Assembly: GCA_963802945.1 (NCBI GenBank)
Contig: CAWDKY010000015.1
Coordinates: 128,001 to 192,000, forward strand
Length of the DNA stretch: 64,000 nucleotides
Origin: an uncultured delta proteobacterium
GTDB lineage: Bacteria; Desulfobacterota; RBG-13-43-22
Direction: 5' to 3'
Part shown: positions 1 to 10,862 of the stretch, in pieces
Layout of the letters: every line of letters begins with the position of its first letter
How positions within the stretch are numbered: position 1 is the stretch's first letter
Position numbers and translations under genes: made by a program
Notes under the pieces: model-generated
Told to the model about the DNA's origin: nothing
Databases searched by the model: none
The model's input: the letters and a program-made list of their open reading frames with translations, nothing else

Positions 1-1202
1 CATTTTTTCATTCGTTCCATAACCCGATTGAAAATCTGTTGATCGCGAATCCTAAATTTCTTTTTGGGCATCGCCTTGGCCCCGTAAAGGACCAAACCCA
101 CAGCAGTGGCATACATCGGGCTGTTGACCACATCCATAATGCCTCCAAAACCCTGGGGATAGCCCCGCCGGCTCGGAAGGTTAAAAATCTGTTCCGCCAG
201 TTCAGGAATCCCTTCCAATAAGGATGCTCCTCCGGTGACCACGACGCCGGAAGCAAGGATGTCCCCAAAACCCGATTTCAGGATTTCCCGATTGACCAGA
301 GAAAAAATTTCTTCAACCCTCGGTTCCAGGATTTCCCCCAAAATTTGGCGGGATAGGGGCCGAGGTTTTCTTCCCCCGACACTCGATACCTCGATGGTTT
401 CATCTTTATTGATCATGGAAGTCAAACAACAGCCATGAATTTTTTTAATCCGTTCCGCTGCCTGATGAGGAGTTCTGAGACCAATGGCGATATCATTGGT
501 TAAATTGTTTCCACCCAAGCCCAGAATCGAGGTATGTTTGATGCAGCCATTGGAAAAAATGGCCAAATCAGTGGTGCCTCCTCCAAAGTCGACCAGGGCC
601 ACCCCAAGTTCCTTTTCTTCAGAAGAAAGCACCGTTTCGCTTGAAGCGATCGATTCTAAAACAATATCCGAGACATCCAATCCAGCCTTGTTTGCACAGC
701 GAATAATATTCTGGGCCGAGGTAACCGCCCCGGTTATGATATGGACCTTGACTTCCAATCGTACACCGGAAATGCCCAGGGGATCTTGGATTCCATCCTG
801 ATCATCAACGATAAATTCCTGAGGAAGCACATGAATCACTTCCCGATCCAAAGGGATGGCTATGGCCTTGGCGGCATCAATGACCCGTTCAATGTCAGTT
901 TTAGTGACTTCCCGGGTTTTAACGGCAATAACCCCATGGCTGTTGAAGGCTTTGATATGCCCTCCGGCAATGCCGGCATAAACCGACCTGATTTCACAGC
1001 CGGCCATAAGTTCTGCCTCTTCCACCGCCTTTTTGATGGAGTTAACCGTACTTTCAATATTGACCACTACCCCTTTGCGTAAACCCACCGAGGGATGGGT
1101 CCCGATACCCACGATATCAATACCACCGGAAGAGATTTCACCAACTACCGCACAGATCTTAGTAGTTCCGATATCCAATCCTACGATCAGATGATCTTCC
1201 AA
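1..1202 (-). CDS. ftsA: Cell division protein FtsA (3' end runs off window)
   Basis: Manual translation from TTG at 1202: EDHLIVGLDIGTTKICAVVGE...GLRKGVVVNIE...VVTGGASLLEGIPELAEQIF...SPMYATAVGLVLYG; the 5' and 3' segments are in the same frame; lies downstream of ftsQ. Confidence 0.95.
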   Translation of the reverse strand, partial: MEDHLIVGLDIGTTKICAVVGEISSGGIDIVGIGTHPSVGLRKGVVVNIESTVNSIKKAVEEAELMAGCEIRSVYAGIAGGHIKAFNSHGVIAVKTREVTKTDIERVIDAAKAIAIPLDREVIHVLPQEFIVDDQDGIQDPLGISGVRLEVKVHIITGAVTSAQNIIRCANKAGLDVSDIVLESIASSETVLSSEEKELGVALVDFGGGTTDLAIFSNGCIKHTSILGLGGNNLTNDIAIGLRTPHQAAERIKKIHGCCLTSMINKDETIEVSSVGGRKPRPLSRQILGEILEPRVEEIFSLVNREILKSGFGDILASGVVVTGGASLLEGIPELAEQIFNLPSRRGYPQGFGGIMDVVNSPMYATAVGLVLYGAKAMPKKKFRIRDQQIFNRVMERMKK

Positions 1203-1280
1203 TCGAGACGCACCCCCTTTCTTTTTCTCTGGTTTTTAATGTTCATTTCTACCTCGGACATTGCTATTCGCCTACTATTC

Positions 1281-2147
1281 TCAGACTCCCTTGAAGGATT
1301 TAGACCTAAGGCCATGAACGATAATCCGCTGGCCGAATTGGAGGGAAATCCCATTCAAAAGGACCTGGTTGGGCCGTTTCTCAAGCTCGGCCCAAACCCT
1401 TTCCAGACGCTTGATCCGCACCGGAATTTCTTCTTTCCCCAGAGTGATCCGGATTCCTCTTTCCAAGGTGAATAAAGAAAAACCACAATCAGGATCGTAA
1501 TGAATTTCCGAAAGTTTATTGGGATAAAACGGATCTGCCCCTTGACTCAAATACCTTTGAAGCAATACTAGTTCTTGAAGGATAGGGGACTTAAGTTGTC
1601 TGGCCGGAGTCCAATCCTTTTCCTCCAGGCCTGTCAAGAGCGGAAGAGAAACTCCTTCTTTCATCTCGCATTTTTTAAAAAGGAGACCATCTTCATTTAA
1701 ATAATAAAGCTCTTGTCGGACCGGCACCAAAAATTTCGCTTGATGTTCGGTAACTACCACCTGGAGTTTGTTGGGAAGTTCCCGCCGGAGATAAACACTT
1801 TTTACCCACGGGATGGATTCCATATTTTTTTTAACCTCACTCAAATTTAAAGCCAGTAGATTGACCCTGTTTTCCAGGCCTCCTTTTTGAAGCAATTCGG
1901 TTTGAGAAACATGTTTTATCCCCTTAAAACCGACATCTTCCAATTTAAAAATCGGAGTGGACAAGGCGGTCAGATACCCGATCAACAAGACAATGCTCAC
2001 CCCCACAATAATCATCATAATCAGTGAACCAACCCAGAAATGATGCATCAGCTTTTCCGTCCAGGAAAACCCGGAGTCCAGTTCCACTAACGACCCCCGA
2101 TAATAATTGCGACCTATAGTTCCCAGCCTGGTTTTCCCTATATACAT
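1281..2147 (-). CDS. ftsQ: Cell division protein FtsQ/DivIB
   Basis: Single TM helix then POTRA-like region (FKLEDVGFKG...IPWVKSVYLRRELPNKLQVVVTEH); position between murB and ftsA. Confidence 0.9.
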   Translation of the reverse strand: MYIGKTRLGTIGRNYYRGSLVELDSGFSWTEKLMHHFWVGSLIMMIIVGVSIVLLIGYLTALSTPIFKLEDVGFKGIKHVSQTELLQKGGLENRVNLLALNLSEVKKNMESIPWVKSVYLRRELPNKLQVVVTEHQAKFLVPVRQELYYLNEDGLLFKKCEMKEGVSLPLLTGLEEKDWTPARQLKSPILQELVLLQRYLSQGADPFYPNKLSEIHYDPDCGFSLFTLERGIRITLGKEEIPVRIKRLERVWAELEKRPNQVLLNGISLQFGQRIIVHGLRSKSFKGV

Positions 2148-2190
2148 GATGAGTTCTCCTTAGTCCCAACAAGAGATATTTATTAAATTG

Positions 2191-2274
2191 GAATTCAGGA
2201 GTCAGAAGTCAGAATATCGTCTTGAATTCTTTTAAGGCTTTTCTTCTGGATTCTGACTCCTGGATTCTGAATTC
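2191..2274. repeat. Inverted heptamer micro-repeat hairpin (GAATTCA/GGAGTCA/GAATCCA family)
   Basis: Left arm gaattca-ggagtca-gaagtca-gaa; right arm is the reverse complement of gaattca-gaatcca-ggagtca-gaatcca-gaa. Confidence 0.8.
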
Positions 2275-3213
2275 TATGCATCTTTTAAACTACACCCCCA
2301 CAATCGCACCTCGGGTTCGAGGAGGATCCCGAATTGTTTTCTGACCCGGGTCCGTATCAGGTTCATTAAATACAAAACATCCTTAGCCCGGGCCTCGCCC
2401 TGATTAACGATAAAATTAGCATGTCGGTTTGATATCTGTGCCCCGCCCCTTTCGACCCCTTTGAGGCCTGCTTTTTCAATCAGCCGTCCGGCATAGTCTT
2501 CCGGGGGATTTTTGAAAACCGATCCGCAACTCGGTCGGTCCAACGGTTGGGTGGCTTTTCTTTGAGTCCAAAGCCTTCGAGTTTCTTTTTGAATACTCTC
2601 CGCGTCCCCTGAAGACAGCTTGATGCCCCCGGCCATGATGATTTCTCCTGGTTCCAACTTCAAAGTTCGATAGCCGAAGCAAAGTTGTGTTTTTCCCTTT
2701 CCGAATCAGCCGTCCTTCAGAAGAAACCACTTTCAAGTAAGCGGTTATGTCTTTCATTTCCTGGCCGTAGCTTCCGGCATTCATGGCCCAGGCTCCTCCG
2801 ACCGATCCCGGGATACCGGCTAAAAACTCAAGACCTCTGAGCTGGTTTTTGATCCCGAACCCAACCAGTTTTGAAAGGGGAAATCCGGCTTCCACTTCCA
2901 TAAGGATTTGGCCGTCTTTAAAACGTTTAACGGTTTTTGGCTTCCTGGGAGACGAACACTGAATAACAATTCCCCGCACCCCTCGGTCGGATACCAGCAA
3001 ATTACTTCCCTGCCCTAGGACAAACCAGGGGATATTTTGCGCCTTCGCTACCTCCAATAGCTTTTTCATCTCCGAAATAGTTTGGGGTTGTATAAACCAA
3101 TCCGCCCTTCCACCTATCTGAATTGTGGTATAAGGACCCAATCGTTCCCTCTGTTTAACCCGTCCCGGGCAAATCTTGTCCAAGAGCTTTTTAAGACCCT
3201 GTGGTTGATACAA
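2274..3213 (-). CDS. murB: UDP-N-acetylmuramate dehydrogenase MurB (one +1 frameshift near 2690, probable sequencing error)
   Basis: TTIQIGGRAD, GQGSNLLVSD, GIPGSVGGAWAMNAG in ORF 2476..3213; QPLDRPSCGSVFKNP, HANFIVN, LEPEV in ORF 2274..2663. Confidence 0.93.
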
Positions 3214-4565
3214 TTTCCTGACCTATTTTCCAGACATCTCCGGCACCCAAGGTAACCAATACATCTCCGGCCTTCAATATTTTCTGAAGAGATGAAATGA
3301 CTTCAGCAGGATTGGAAAACAACCTCACTTCCCGGTGCCCTTTTCCCTTGATCCCCTCCATCAGGTATTCGGAATTGACCCCTTCTATCGGATCTTCACT
3401 GGCCGCATAAATGGGCAGCAGCAGCAAGCAGTCGGCCTGATAAAAGGAAGTGGTAAATTCATCAAAAAGGGCCTTGGTCCGGCTGAAACGATGGGGCTGA
3501 AAAACAACCACAATCCGGTGGTCGGGCCAGCATCCCCGAACGGCATTCAGAGTAGCTCGAATCTCCGTAGGATGATGACCATAGTCATCCAGGACAGTTA
3601 CCCCCCGGTATTCCCCTCTGACCTGAAAACGCCGCTGAACCCCTTCCAAACTTTCAAAGGCCTCCTGGATCCGATTGAAAGGAACCTCTAATTCAAATCC
3701 TACGGCAATGGCTGCCAACGAGTTATAGACATTATGGAGTCCTGGAATTTTGAATCGGATCTCTCCCCAATCCTTTCCAGCGCTGTAAAGACGATATTGG
3801 GTGGACAGACCGCTCTGAATGACATCCCTGGCCTGAAAGTCGGCTTGAGCCGTCAAGCCATAGGTTCGATACCTCTTTTTGAGTTTGCGGGATCAAGGAC
3901 GGTAAATGGGGATCGTCCAAACAAAGGATCGCCAGACCGTAAAAAGGCAGCCGACTTAAGAAATCCAGAAAGGTATTCTGGATATGATCTAGGTCTTTAT
4001 AGAAATCCAGATGCTCCAGATCTATATTGGTGACCACGGCAATGCTCGGGGACAGATGCAGAAAAGATCCGTCGCTTTCATCGGCCTCCGCTACCAGAAA
4101 GGCCCCCTGCCCCAACCGGGCGTTGCTCCCCCATTTATCCAATCGTCCTCCGATAATGACCGTGGGATCTAATCCACCGTAGGCCAGGACATTGGCCACC
4201 ATTGCGGTGGTGGTTGTTTTTCCGTGGGACCCGGCCACAGCGACACCATATTTCAGTCGCATTAACTCGGCCAGCATCTCTGCCCTGGGGATGACCGGCA
4301 GAAGGGCTTGCCTGGCCGCCAGGACTTCAGGGTTATCCGGCCGCACTGCCGAAGAGGTGACTACCACCTCGGCCCCTTGAATATGTTCTCTCTTATGCCC
4401 GTAGGCAATTTCCCCGCCCAGGGATTTGAGACGGCGGGTGATCTCGGTTTCTTTCAGGTCCGATCCGCTGACCTGATAACCGAGATTCAACAAGACCTCG
4501 GCAATACCGCTCATGCCGATACCGCCGATTCCTATAAAGTGAATATGTTGAAACCGAGGATACAT
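3191..4565 (-). CDS. murC: UDP-N-acetylmuramate--L-alanine ligase MurC (one +1 frameshift near 3885, probable sequencing error)
   Basis: [33 protein letters not shown]; C-half [25 protein letters not shown]. Confidence 0.95.
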
Positions 4566-4633
4566 ACCTCTAATCCAAAACTGTTATAATTTTTCGGTGA
4601 TGCCCAATTAAATAATAGGCTACAAACTTAAAA

Positions 4634-4727
4634 ACTGGAGTATGGAGTAATGGATTAATGATCAATAAACACCCTTTATCCACTACTCCATTACTCCAAT
4701 ACTCCTATTCTACTCCTCCACTCCAAT
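4634..4727. repeat. Inverted octamer micro-repeat hairpin (TGGAGTAA / TACTCCA)
   Basis: tggagtatggagtaatggattaatg ... cactactccattactccaatactcctattctactcctccactcca between murG and murC. Confidence 0.75.
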
Positions 4728-4729
4728 CT

Positions 4730-5837
4730 TTAATTCAACGATCCCTTGAATCCTTTTTTTTCATTAACCATTTGATAACAGGCTTCCACGATCTCCTCGG
4801 CGGCCTGCCGTCGGCCCAGGGCCCCGGCCTTTTTCCCCATGTCAATCAATTTATCCCGATCGGCCAACCAGCCCCGGATGCGGTCCAGCCAGGACGCCAG
4901 GCTTTATTTCCCTTTCTAATATCATTTCCGCTGCCCCGGCATTAACCAAGGACCGGGCATTATGTTCCTGATGATTATTGGCGGCAAAAGGAAAAGGGAT
5001 CAATAAGCTCGGTTTTCCCAGGGCCGTGATTTCACTTAAGGTCATGGCCCCGGCCCGTCCGATGATCATATCCGACTGCTGGTAGGCCCAAATCATGTCG
5101 GAAATAAAAGCCATAACCTGGTGCTGGAAGCCTTTTTCCTGATAGGCCAGAGCAACCCCTTTTTCATCTCTTTCCCCGGTCTGATGAATAAAATAAAGAT
5201 CATCTTTCCACGGCCCTAATTCATCTAAAGCATTTACAACCGCTTGGTTGATACGGTGAGCTCCCTGGCTGCCTCCCAGAATTAATAAGGTAAGAGGTCC
5301 CTCAAGAGAAACCTGGCGATCGGAGATCTCTTGAAATTCTTTTCGGATTGGGTTGCCGATTATTCGGCATTTCTTTTTCGGAAAATAGATCTCGCTCCCT
5401 TCGAAGGCCAAAAATACGCGATTCACCACCTTACCCAACAACCGATTGGTTATTCCGGGGATCGAGTTCTGTTCTTGAACGGCACAAGGGATATGCCTCC
5501 ACCAAGCAGCCAGAACCATTGGTCCGGTGACATATCCCCCCACCCCCAGGATCACCTCCGGCCGAACCTCCTCAATAATTTTCAGAGAACTTCTAAAGGC
5601 CTGCGGAAGTTGAATCATCGATTGTATCTTTCCGGCCATCCCTTTGCCCTTGATCCCTTCCACCTTGAGGGTCCTGAAAGAAAACCCCCGTTCCCCCAAT
5701 ATCTTTGAGTCCAGGGGGCGCTGGGTGACGACAAATTCCACCTGATTTTCCCGGTCTCTATTCATAAAGGCTTCCGCCAATGCAATGGCTGGGAACAAAT
5801 GTCCCCCGGTCCCTCCTCCCACAATCAGGATACGCAC
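4730..5837 (-). CDS. murG: MurG glycosyltransferase (+1 frameshift near 4885, probable sequencing error)
   Basis: GTG start, GGGTGGHLFPA, EQNSIPG, GGSQGA, RAGAMT, NHQEHNA; corrected C-terminus ...ALGRRQAAEEIVEAC...LN* ends at 4730. Confidence 0.93.
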
Positions 5838-7006
5838 CCCTTTTCCTCTTGATTCTGGGCGGTAAGATTCATCAGGATACCAATACAAATCATGTTCAGA
5901 AGAAGAGAAGACCCGCCATAGCTCAAGAAAGGCAAAGTCAATCCCTTGGTTGGGAGAAGTCCCATAACCACCAACATATTGATCAAGGCCTGAAGGCCGA
6001 TCATCACTGTGATCCCGACCACCAGGTACATCCCAAAAAGATCCTTTATCTTGACCGCCAATTGAAGGCATTTAATAATCAGGACCAGATATAAGGCTGC
6101 TATGACAAAAACACCTATAAAACCAAATTCCTCCCCGACAATGGAAAAAATAAAATCGGTATGAGGTTCGGGTAGGTAAAAGAGTTTTTGCTGGCTCCCG
6201 GTTAATCCCCGTCCTACAAGGCCTCCTGAGCCGAAGGCCAGGAAAGAGTGCTTGAGGTGGAATCCTGAACCCAAGGGGTCCTTCCAGGGATCCAGATACG
6301 ACAAGATCCTTATCCGGCGATAAGGAACCCTCCAGACCAGGAAATAGGCCAAAGGGATCAAGGGGAAAATGGAGACAATCAAATGCTTCATCCGTACCCC
6401 GCCTACGAAGAGCATGATTCCGGTGATCAAGAGCAAAGTGATGGCCATCCCCAAATCCGGTTCTAAAAGGATCAGGACGAGAAAAACCCCGACCACTCCC
6501 CAATGAAACAGAAAACCTCTCATTAAATTTTTCATCTGATCTCGATACCTGGTCATGGACCAAGCTAAAAAAACAACCAGGACCAACTTGGAAAATTCCG
6601 CCGGTTGAATCGAGATGCCCGCCAATCGAAACCAGCGGGATGCCCCACCCATGCGGGAACCGATCCCCGGGACAAGGACTAGAATTAAGCTTAAAAAACT
6701 ACCCAGTAAAAGCCAGTAAACCCATTTTTGAAACTTTTGATAAGGAATAAATCGAAAGACAATCATGGCCAAAAACCCGATTAAAGCAAAACAGACTTGT
6801 TTCTGGGCGAAATAGAAACTGTTATGATACCGCCTGGCGGCCAACTGGGAGCTGGCGCTGTAAATCATAACGATCCCAAAAATAACCAGGGCCATGGTTA
6901 CCCCCAACCAGGTGTAATCGATTTTCCATTCAGGCTTAGCTTCTTGCTGCCCAGCACTGCTTTGAAAATCCAGAAGCTGATTTCTTTCAAAAAAGGACGA
7001 AGACAT
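5825..7006 (-). CDS. ftsW: Peptidoglycan polymerase FtsW (SEDS)
   Basis: C-half of 848-aa ORF: MIYSASS, GASRWF, IQPAEFSK, EPDLG, LPEPHTDFIFS, PTKGLTLPFLSYGGSS. Confidence 0.93.
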   Translation of the reverse strand: MSSSFFERNQLLDFQSSAGQQEAKPEWKIDYTWLGVTMALVIFGIVMIYSASSQLAARRYHNSFYFAQKQVCFALIGFLAMIVFRFIPYQKFQKWVYWLLLGSFLSLILVLVPGIGSRMGGASRWFRLAGISIQPAEFSKLVLVVFLAWSMTRYRDQMKNLMRGFLFHWGVVGVFLVLILLEPDLGMAITLLLITGIMLFVGGVRMKHLIVSIFPLIPLAYFLVWRVPYRRIRILSYLDPWKDPLGSGFHLKHSFLAFGSGGLVGRGLTGSQQKLFYLPEPHTDFIFSIVGEEFGFIGVFVIAALYLVLIIKCLQLAVKIKDLFGMYLVVGITVMIGLQALINMLVVMGLLPTKGLTLPFLSYGGSSLLLNMICIGILMNLTAQNQEEKGCVS

Positions 7007-8371
7007 TAACTCTTTAATTCCCCCAGTGTTCTCGACCGTTTGCTGAAAAACATTTCCTCTGTGGATATAATCCCGGAACATATCAAAACTGGAACAGGCC
7101 GGAGAGAGCAGGACCACATCCCCTGACCGCCCTTGCTGAAAGGCCCAAAGGACCGCCTCTTCCAGGGTGCCGGCGTATTCGGTTTTGGTCAGCCCCCCCA
7201 GTTGTTCCCTCATGATATTCCTGGCCTCTCCTATTAAAACCATGGCCTTGACCTTGGTTTGAACCAATTCCTTCAGTGGAAGATAGTCTCCCCCTTTGTC
7301 GCGGCCGCCGGCAATCAGAATAATCGGCCGGTCAAAACCCTCTAAGGCCTTGACCACGGCCCCGACATTGGTGGCCTTGGAATCATCATAAAACTCTATC
7401 CCCTTAACCTGGCCGATATATTCCAATCGATGTCCGAATCCCTTAAAAGTCAAAAGGCTCTTTTGAACAGCCTCTGGGATCGCTCCCACCAAGCGGGCCC
7501 CCAGGATGGCTGCCAGGGCATTTTCCAGATTGTGAACACCTGGCAAAGTAAATCCTTTCAAATCGTACGTCTCGAGTGTGGGGCCGATTCGGACAACCGC
7601 CTTGTCTTCATCCAGAAAAGCCCCTTGATGGACTTGCCGGGTCCGGCTGAAAAAATAAACCGGTCCGGAGAGACATTCTCCGATGGAACGACAGACCGGA
7701 TCATCCCAATTAATCACGGCGGCATTTTTCAGCCCTTGATTTCGAAAAAGGCCGGCCTTGGATGCAACATAACCTTGAAAGTCAGGATAACGATCCAGAT
7801 GATCTTCAGAGATATTCAACAGCAAACCCACCACCGGAGAAAAGCGGGGTGAGGTATCCAGTTGAAAACTGCTGATCTCCGCCACCACTATCTCTTTGTT
7901 TTGTCCGTTGAGGATATAGTCCATCAAAGGCCGCCCGATATTTCCACCCAGGAAAGTTTTTTTCCCAGAATTGACCAGCATTTCATTTAATAAGGCCGTT
8001 GTGGTTGTCTTGCCGTTAGTTCCGGTTACGGCGACCACCGGGGTTGTTGATCGATCGGCAAATACCTCCAGCTCCCCAAGGATCGGAATCCCTTTCACCC
8101 GAGCGGCATTCAAGGCCGGGGTATCCAGAGGGATTCCAGGGCTGACAAAGACCATATCCGCGGTTGAAAAAAAGGTCGGGCTGTGACCTCCACCCTCCAG
8201 AACCAACGGAAGACCAATCCCTTTAAAAGGGGATACCATTTCTTGAAGTTCGGAAATTTTCCGGGAATCGGACACCATTACCTCGGCCCTTTGACCCAAT
8301 AAAAAGGAGACCAAAGCCTTCCCTGTTTTTCCTAGACCGACCACCAGGATTTTTTTGCCTTGATAATTCAA
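7006..8371 (-). CDS. murD: UDP-MurNAc-L-Ala--D-Glu ligase MurD (apparent read-through into ftsW probably a +1 error)
   Basis: GLGKTG, TGTNGKTTTT, EISSFQL, DHLDRY, DDSKATN, LSPACSSFDMF; deleting one base near 7033 gives ...TLGELKS* with TAATG overlap on the ftsW start. Confidence 0.93.
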
Positions 8372-8384
8372 ACAGGTTCTTTCT

Positions 8385-9464
8385 CTATCTGAGCTTTAAC
8401 GTACTCAAAGATAATAAACTCAGGATCACGGCAATGATCCAAAAACGGACGATTATTTTAGGCTCAGGCCACCCCTTTAATTCAAAATGATGGTGCAAGG
8501 GGGCCATTCGGAAAATCCTTTTCCCCCGGGTCATCTTGAAATATCCTACCTGAAAGATGACCGAGAGGGCCTCGATTAAAAAAAGTCCGCCGACAACGAT
8601 CAATAATATTTCATTTTTAGTGATCACCGCTACGGTTCCCAAGGCGGCCCCAAGGGGCAGGGAACCTACATCTCCCATAAAAAGCTGGGCCGGATAGCTA
8701 TTGAACCAGAGGAAGCCCATGCCGGCCCCGACCATGGCCCCGCAAAACACCGACAACTCTCCAGACCCGGGGACAAAGGGGATCTGGAGGTAATTAGCAA
8801 TCTTCAAATTTCCACTCAAATAACTCAGCAGCAGGAACGTGCCGAAGGCGATCGTGGCCGGGCCGATGGCCAAACCGTCCAGCCCATCGGTTAAATTGAC
8901 GGCATTAGAAGTGCCCACGATGATGATCAAGGCTAAAAGGATATAACCCCAGTAAAGGTCCGGAGTGACAGTCTTGAAAAAGGGGATATTCAGCCGGGTG
9001 TTGAATTTAAAATTCAGATACAAAAAGACGGCGGGTACCAAAGCAATAACAATCTGCAGGATAAATTTGGACTTGGCGTTCAGCCCTTTACTCTTTTTTT
9101 TGATCAGCATCAGATAGTCATCCAAAAACCCGATACCCCCAAAACATAGGGTGACCAACAGGACCAGCCAGATATACCAATTGGTCAGATCAGCCCAGAA
9201 AAGGGTTGCGATAGAGACGGCAAAAAGGATCAAGACTCCCCCCATAGTCGGGGTCCCCTCTTTGCTAAAATGAGAGCGGGGGCCCTCTTCCCGGATATAC
9301 TGACCGATCTGATACCTGGTCAGCAGTCGAACTACATAAGGTCCAAGAAGAAAGGTGATCAACAAGGCTGTCAAGGTGGAATAGATGGTCCTTAAGGTAA
9401 TGTAACGGAAGACATTGAAGAAAGAGATCTGACTATGTAAGGCATATAACAAATAATACAACAT
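8385..9464 (-). CDS. mraY: Phospho-N-acetylmuramoyl-pentapeptide transferase MraY
   Basis: [40 protein letters not shown]. Confidence 0.97.
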   Translation of the reverse strand: MLYYLLYALHSQISFFNVFRYITLRTIYSTLTALLITFLLGPYVVRLLTRYQIGQYIREEGPRSHFSKEGTPTMGGVLILFAVSIATLFWADLTNWYIWLVLLVTLCFGGIGFLDDYLMLIKKKSKGLNAKSKFILQIVIALVPAVFLYLNFKFNTRLNIPFFKTVTPDLYWGYILLALIIIVGTSNAVNLTDGLDGLAIGPATIAFGTFLLLSYLSGNLKIANYLQIPFVPGSGELSVFCGAMVGAGMGFLWFNSYPAQLFMGDVGSLPLGAALGTVAVITKNEILLIVVGGLFLIEALSVIFQVGYFKMTRGKRIFRMAPLHHHFELKGWPEPKIIVRFWIIAVILSLLSLSTLKLR

Positions 9465-9467
9465 GGC

Positions 9468-10862
9468 TTACCCTTGCTCCTCCAAGGCCCTGACGATGGA
9501 CTCCATGTCCAAACCATGAGAACCTTTGACCAACAGCCAATCTCCTTCCCGGATGATGTCCGGTAAAAGATCGATTACTTCTTTATGATTCGATGCCCAG
9601 AAGGCCTTTTGCGGAGGCCGGATACCGCTTTTGGCCTCTTTCAGCATTTCCTCGGACAAGGGGCCTAAGCACAGAAGAAAATCCACTCCCATTTCTCCGA
9701 TCATCCTGCCGATTTTTTTGTGGGCCTCAGTTGACTGATTCCCGAGTTCCAGCATATCCCCAAGAACCAGCCCTCCCCTTGCCCCTTGCCTTAAAGATTG
9801 GAAGACCTCCAGGGCGGCCTTCATCGATGCCGGATTGGCATTATAGGTGTCGTCTATCAAACGGACTCCCAGGATGCCTTTTTTGGTTTGCAGCCGGTGA
9901 TCAGGGGGCTGAAAATTCTCCAGCCCTTGACGAACCCTTTTCAGGGAAAAGCCGAGCGCCAGGGCCGTTGCCGCTGCCCCCAGGGCATTAGTGCAATTAT
10001 GGGCTCCCTGAATAGGCAAAAATATTTCTTCTTCTCCTTGAAAAAGGATTCGGAAACGGACTCCCCACTCGGTACTGGTCAACCGATCTGCCCTAACTTG
10101 CGCCTCAGGGGCCTGACCGAAGGTTATTTTTCGGGCCTGGCAAGTTCGAGCCAGATCCCGTATCCATGGATCATCCCCATTGACCACCGCCCAATGTTCC
10201 GGTTCAAGGGCTTCAAAGAGTTCTCCCTTGGCCTTGGCCACGGCCGAAAGGGTTCCCAAACCTTCTAGGTGGGCTGGCCCGATATTGGTCAGCAATCCCA
10301 CGGATGGCCTTGCGATCTGGCATAGACGGGCAATCTCGCCGGAATGGTTCATACCCATTTCCATGACGGCAAATCGATGTCTTTCATTTAAAGAAAAAAG
10401 GGTCAAAGGCAAACCGATCCAGTTATTCAAGTTGCCTGGATTTTTTAAAGTCGGGCCTTCCTGTTCCAAAATGGCGGCCAGCATTTCCTTGGTCGTCGTC
10501 TTTCCGTTACTCCCACTGATCCCGATCACGGTCACCGGAAATTTTCTGCGCCAAAGGGAAGCTAAATCTCCCAAGGCCGAGAGAGTGTCCTTGACCTGGA
10601 TAACTACTTTATCCGCCGGCACCATCCCCGTTTCGGTGGGTTCGGAAACCAGAACGGCTGCTGCCCCTTTTTCAAAAGCCTGGCGGACATGATCGTGACC
10701 GTTAAATCGGGGGCCTTTCAAGGCAATAAATAGATCCCCGGCCTTCAGAGTCCTGGTATCGGTCGATACTCCGCTAGCCTTTCCCGCCAGATCTCCCTGA
10801 ATCAGCCGGCCGGATAGTCCGGAAATCAATTCGTCCCATACCAGTTCATCCGTGCTGAACAT
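9468..10862 (-). CDS. murF: MurF ligase
   Basis: STDTR, GSNGKTTTKE, EMGMNH, DDTYNANP, GDMLELG, VKGS. Confidence 0.95.
   Translation of the reverse strand: MFSTDELVWDELISGLSGRLIQGDLAGKASGVSTDTRTLKAGDLFIALKGPRFNGHDHVRQAFEKGAAAVLVSEPTETGMVPADKVVIQVKDTLSALGDLASLWRRKFPVTVIGISGSNGKTTTKEMLAAILEQEGPTLKNPGNLNNWIGLPLTLFSLNERHRFAVMEMGMNHSGEIARLCQIARPSVGLLTNIGPAHLEGLGTLSAVAKAKGELFEALEPEHWAVVNGDDPWIRDLARTCQARKITFGQAPEAQVRADRLTSTEWGVRFRILFQGEEEIFLPIQGAHNCTNALGAAATALALGFSLKRVRQGLENFQPPDHRLQTKKGILGVRLIDDTYNANPASMKAALEVFQSLRQGARGGLVLGDMLELGNQSTEAHKKIGRMIGEMGVDFLLCLGPLSEEMLKEAKSGIRPPQKAFWASNHKEVIDLLPDIIREGDWLLVKGSHGLDMESIVRALEEQG

Noticed and set aside
2274-5837. Programmed frameshifting or pseudogenisation of murB, murC, murG
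   Set aside because: These are essential genes, each with a single +1 base and no in-frame stops seen; the same signature appears in rsmH, ftsH and at 59.8-61.5 kb, pointing to patchy sequencing error
5825-8371. 848-aa MurD-FtsW fusion in the ORF track
   Set aside because: Removing one base near 7033 restores a normal murD stop overlapping the ftsW ATG (TAATG), and neighbouring genes show the same +1 errors. Read mapping would settle it.
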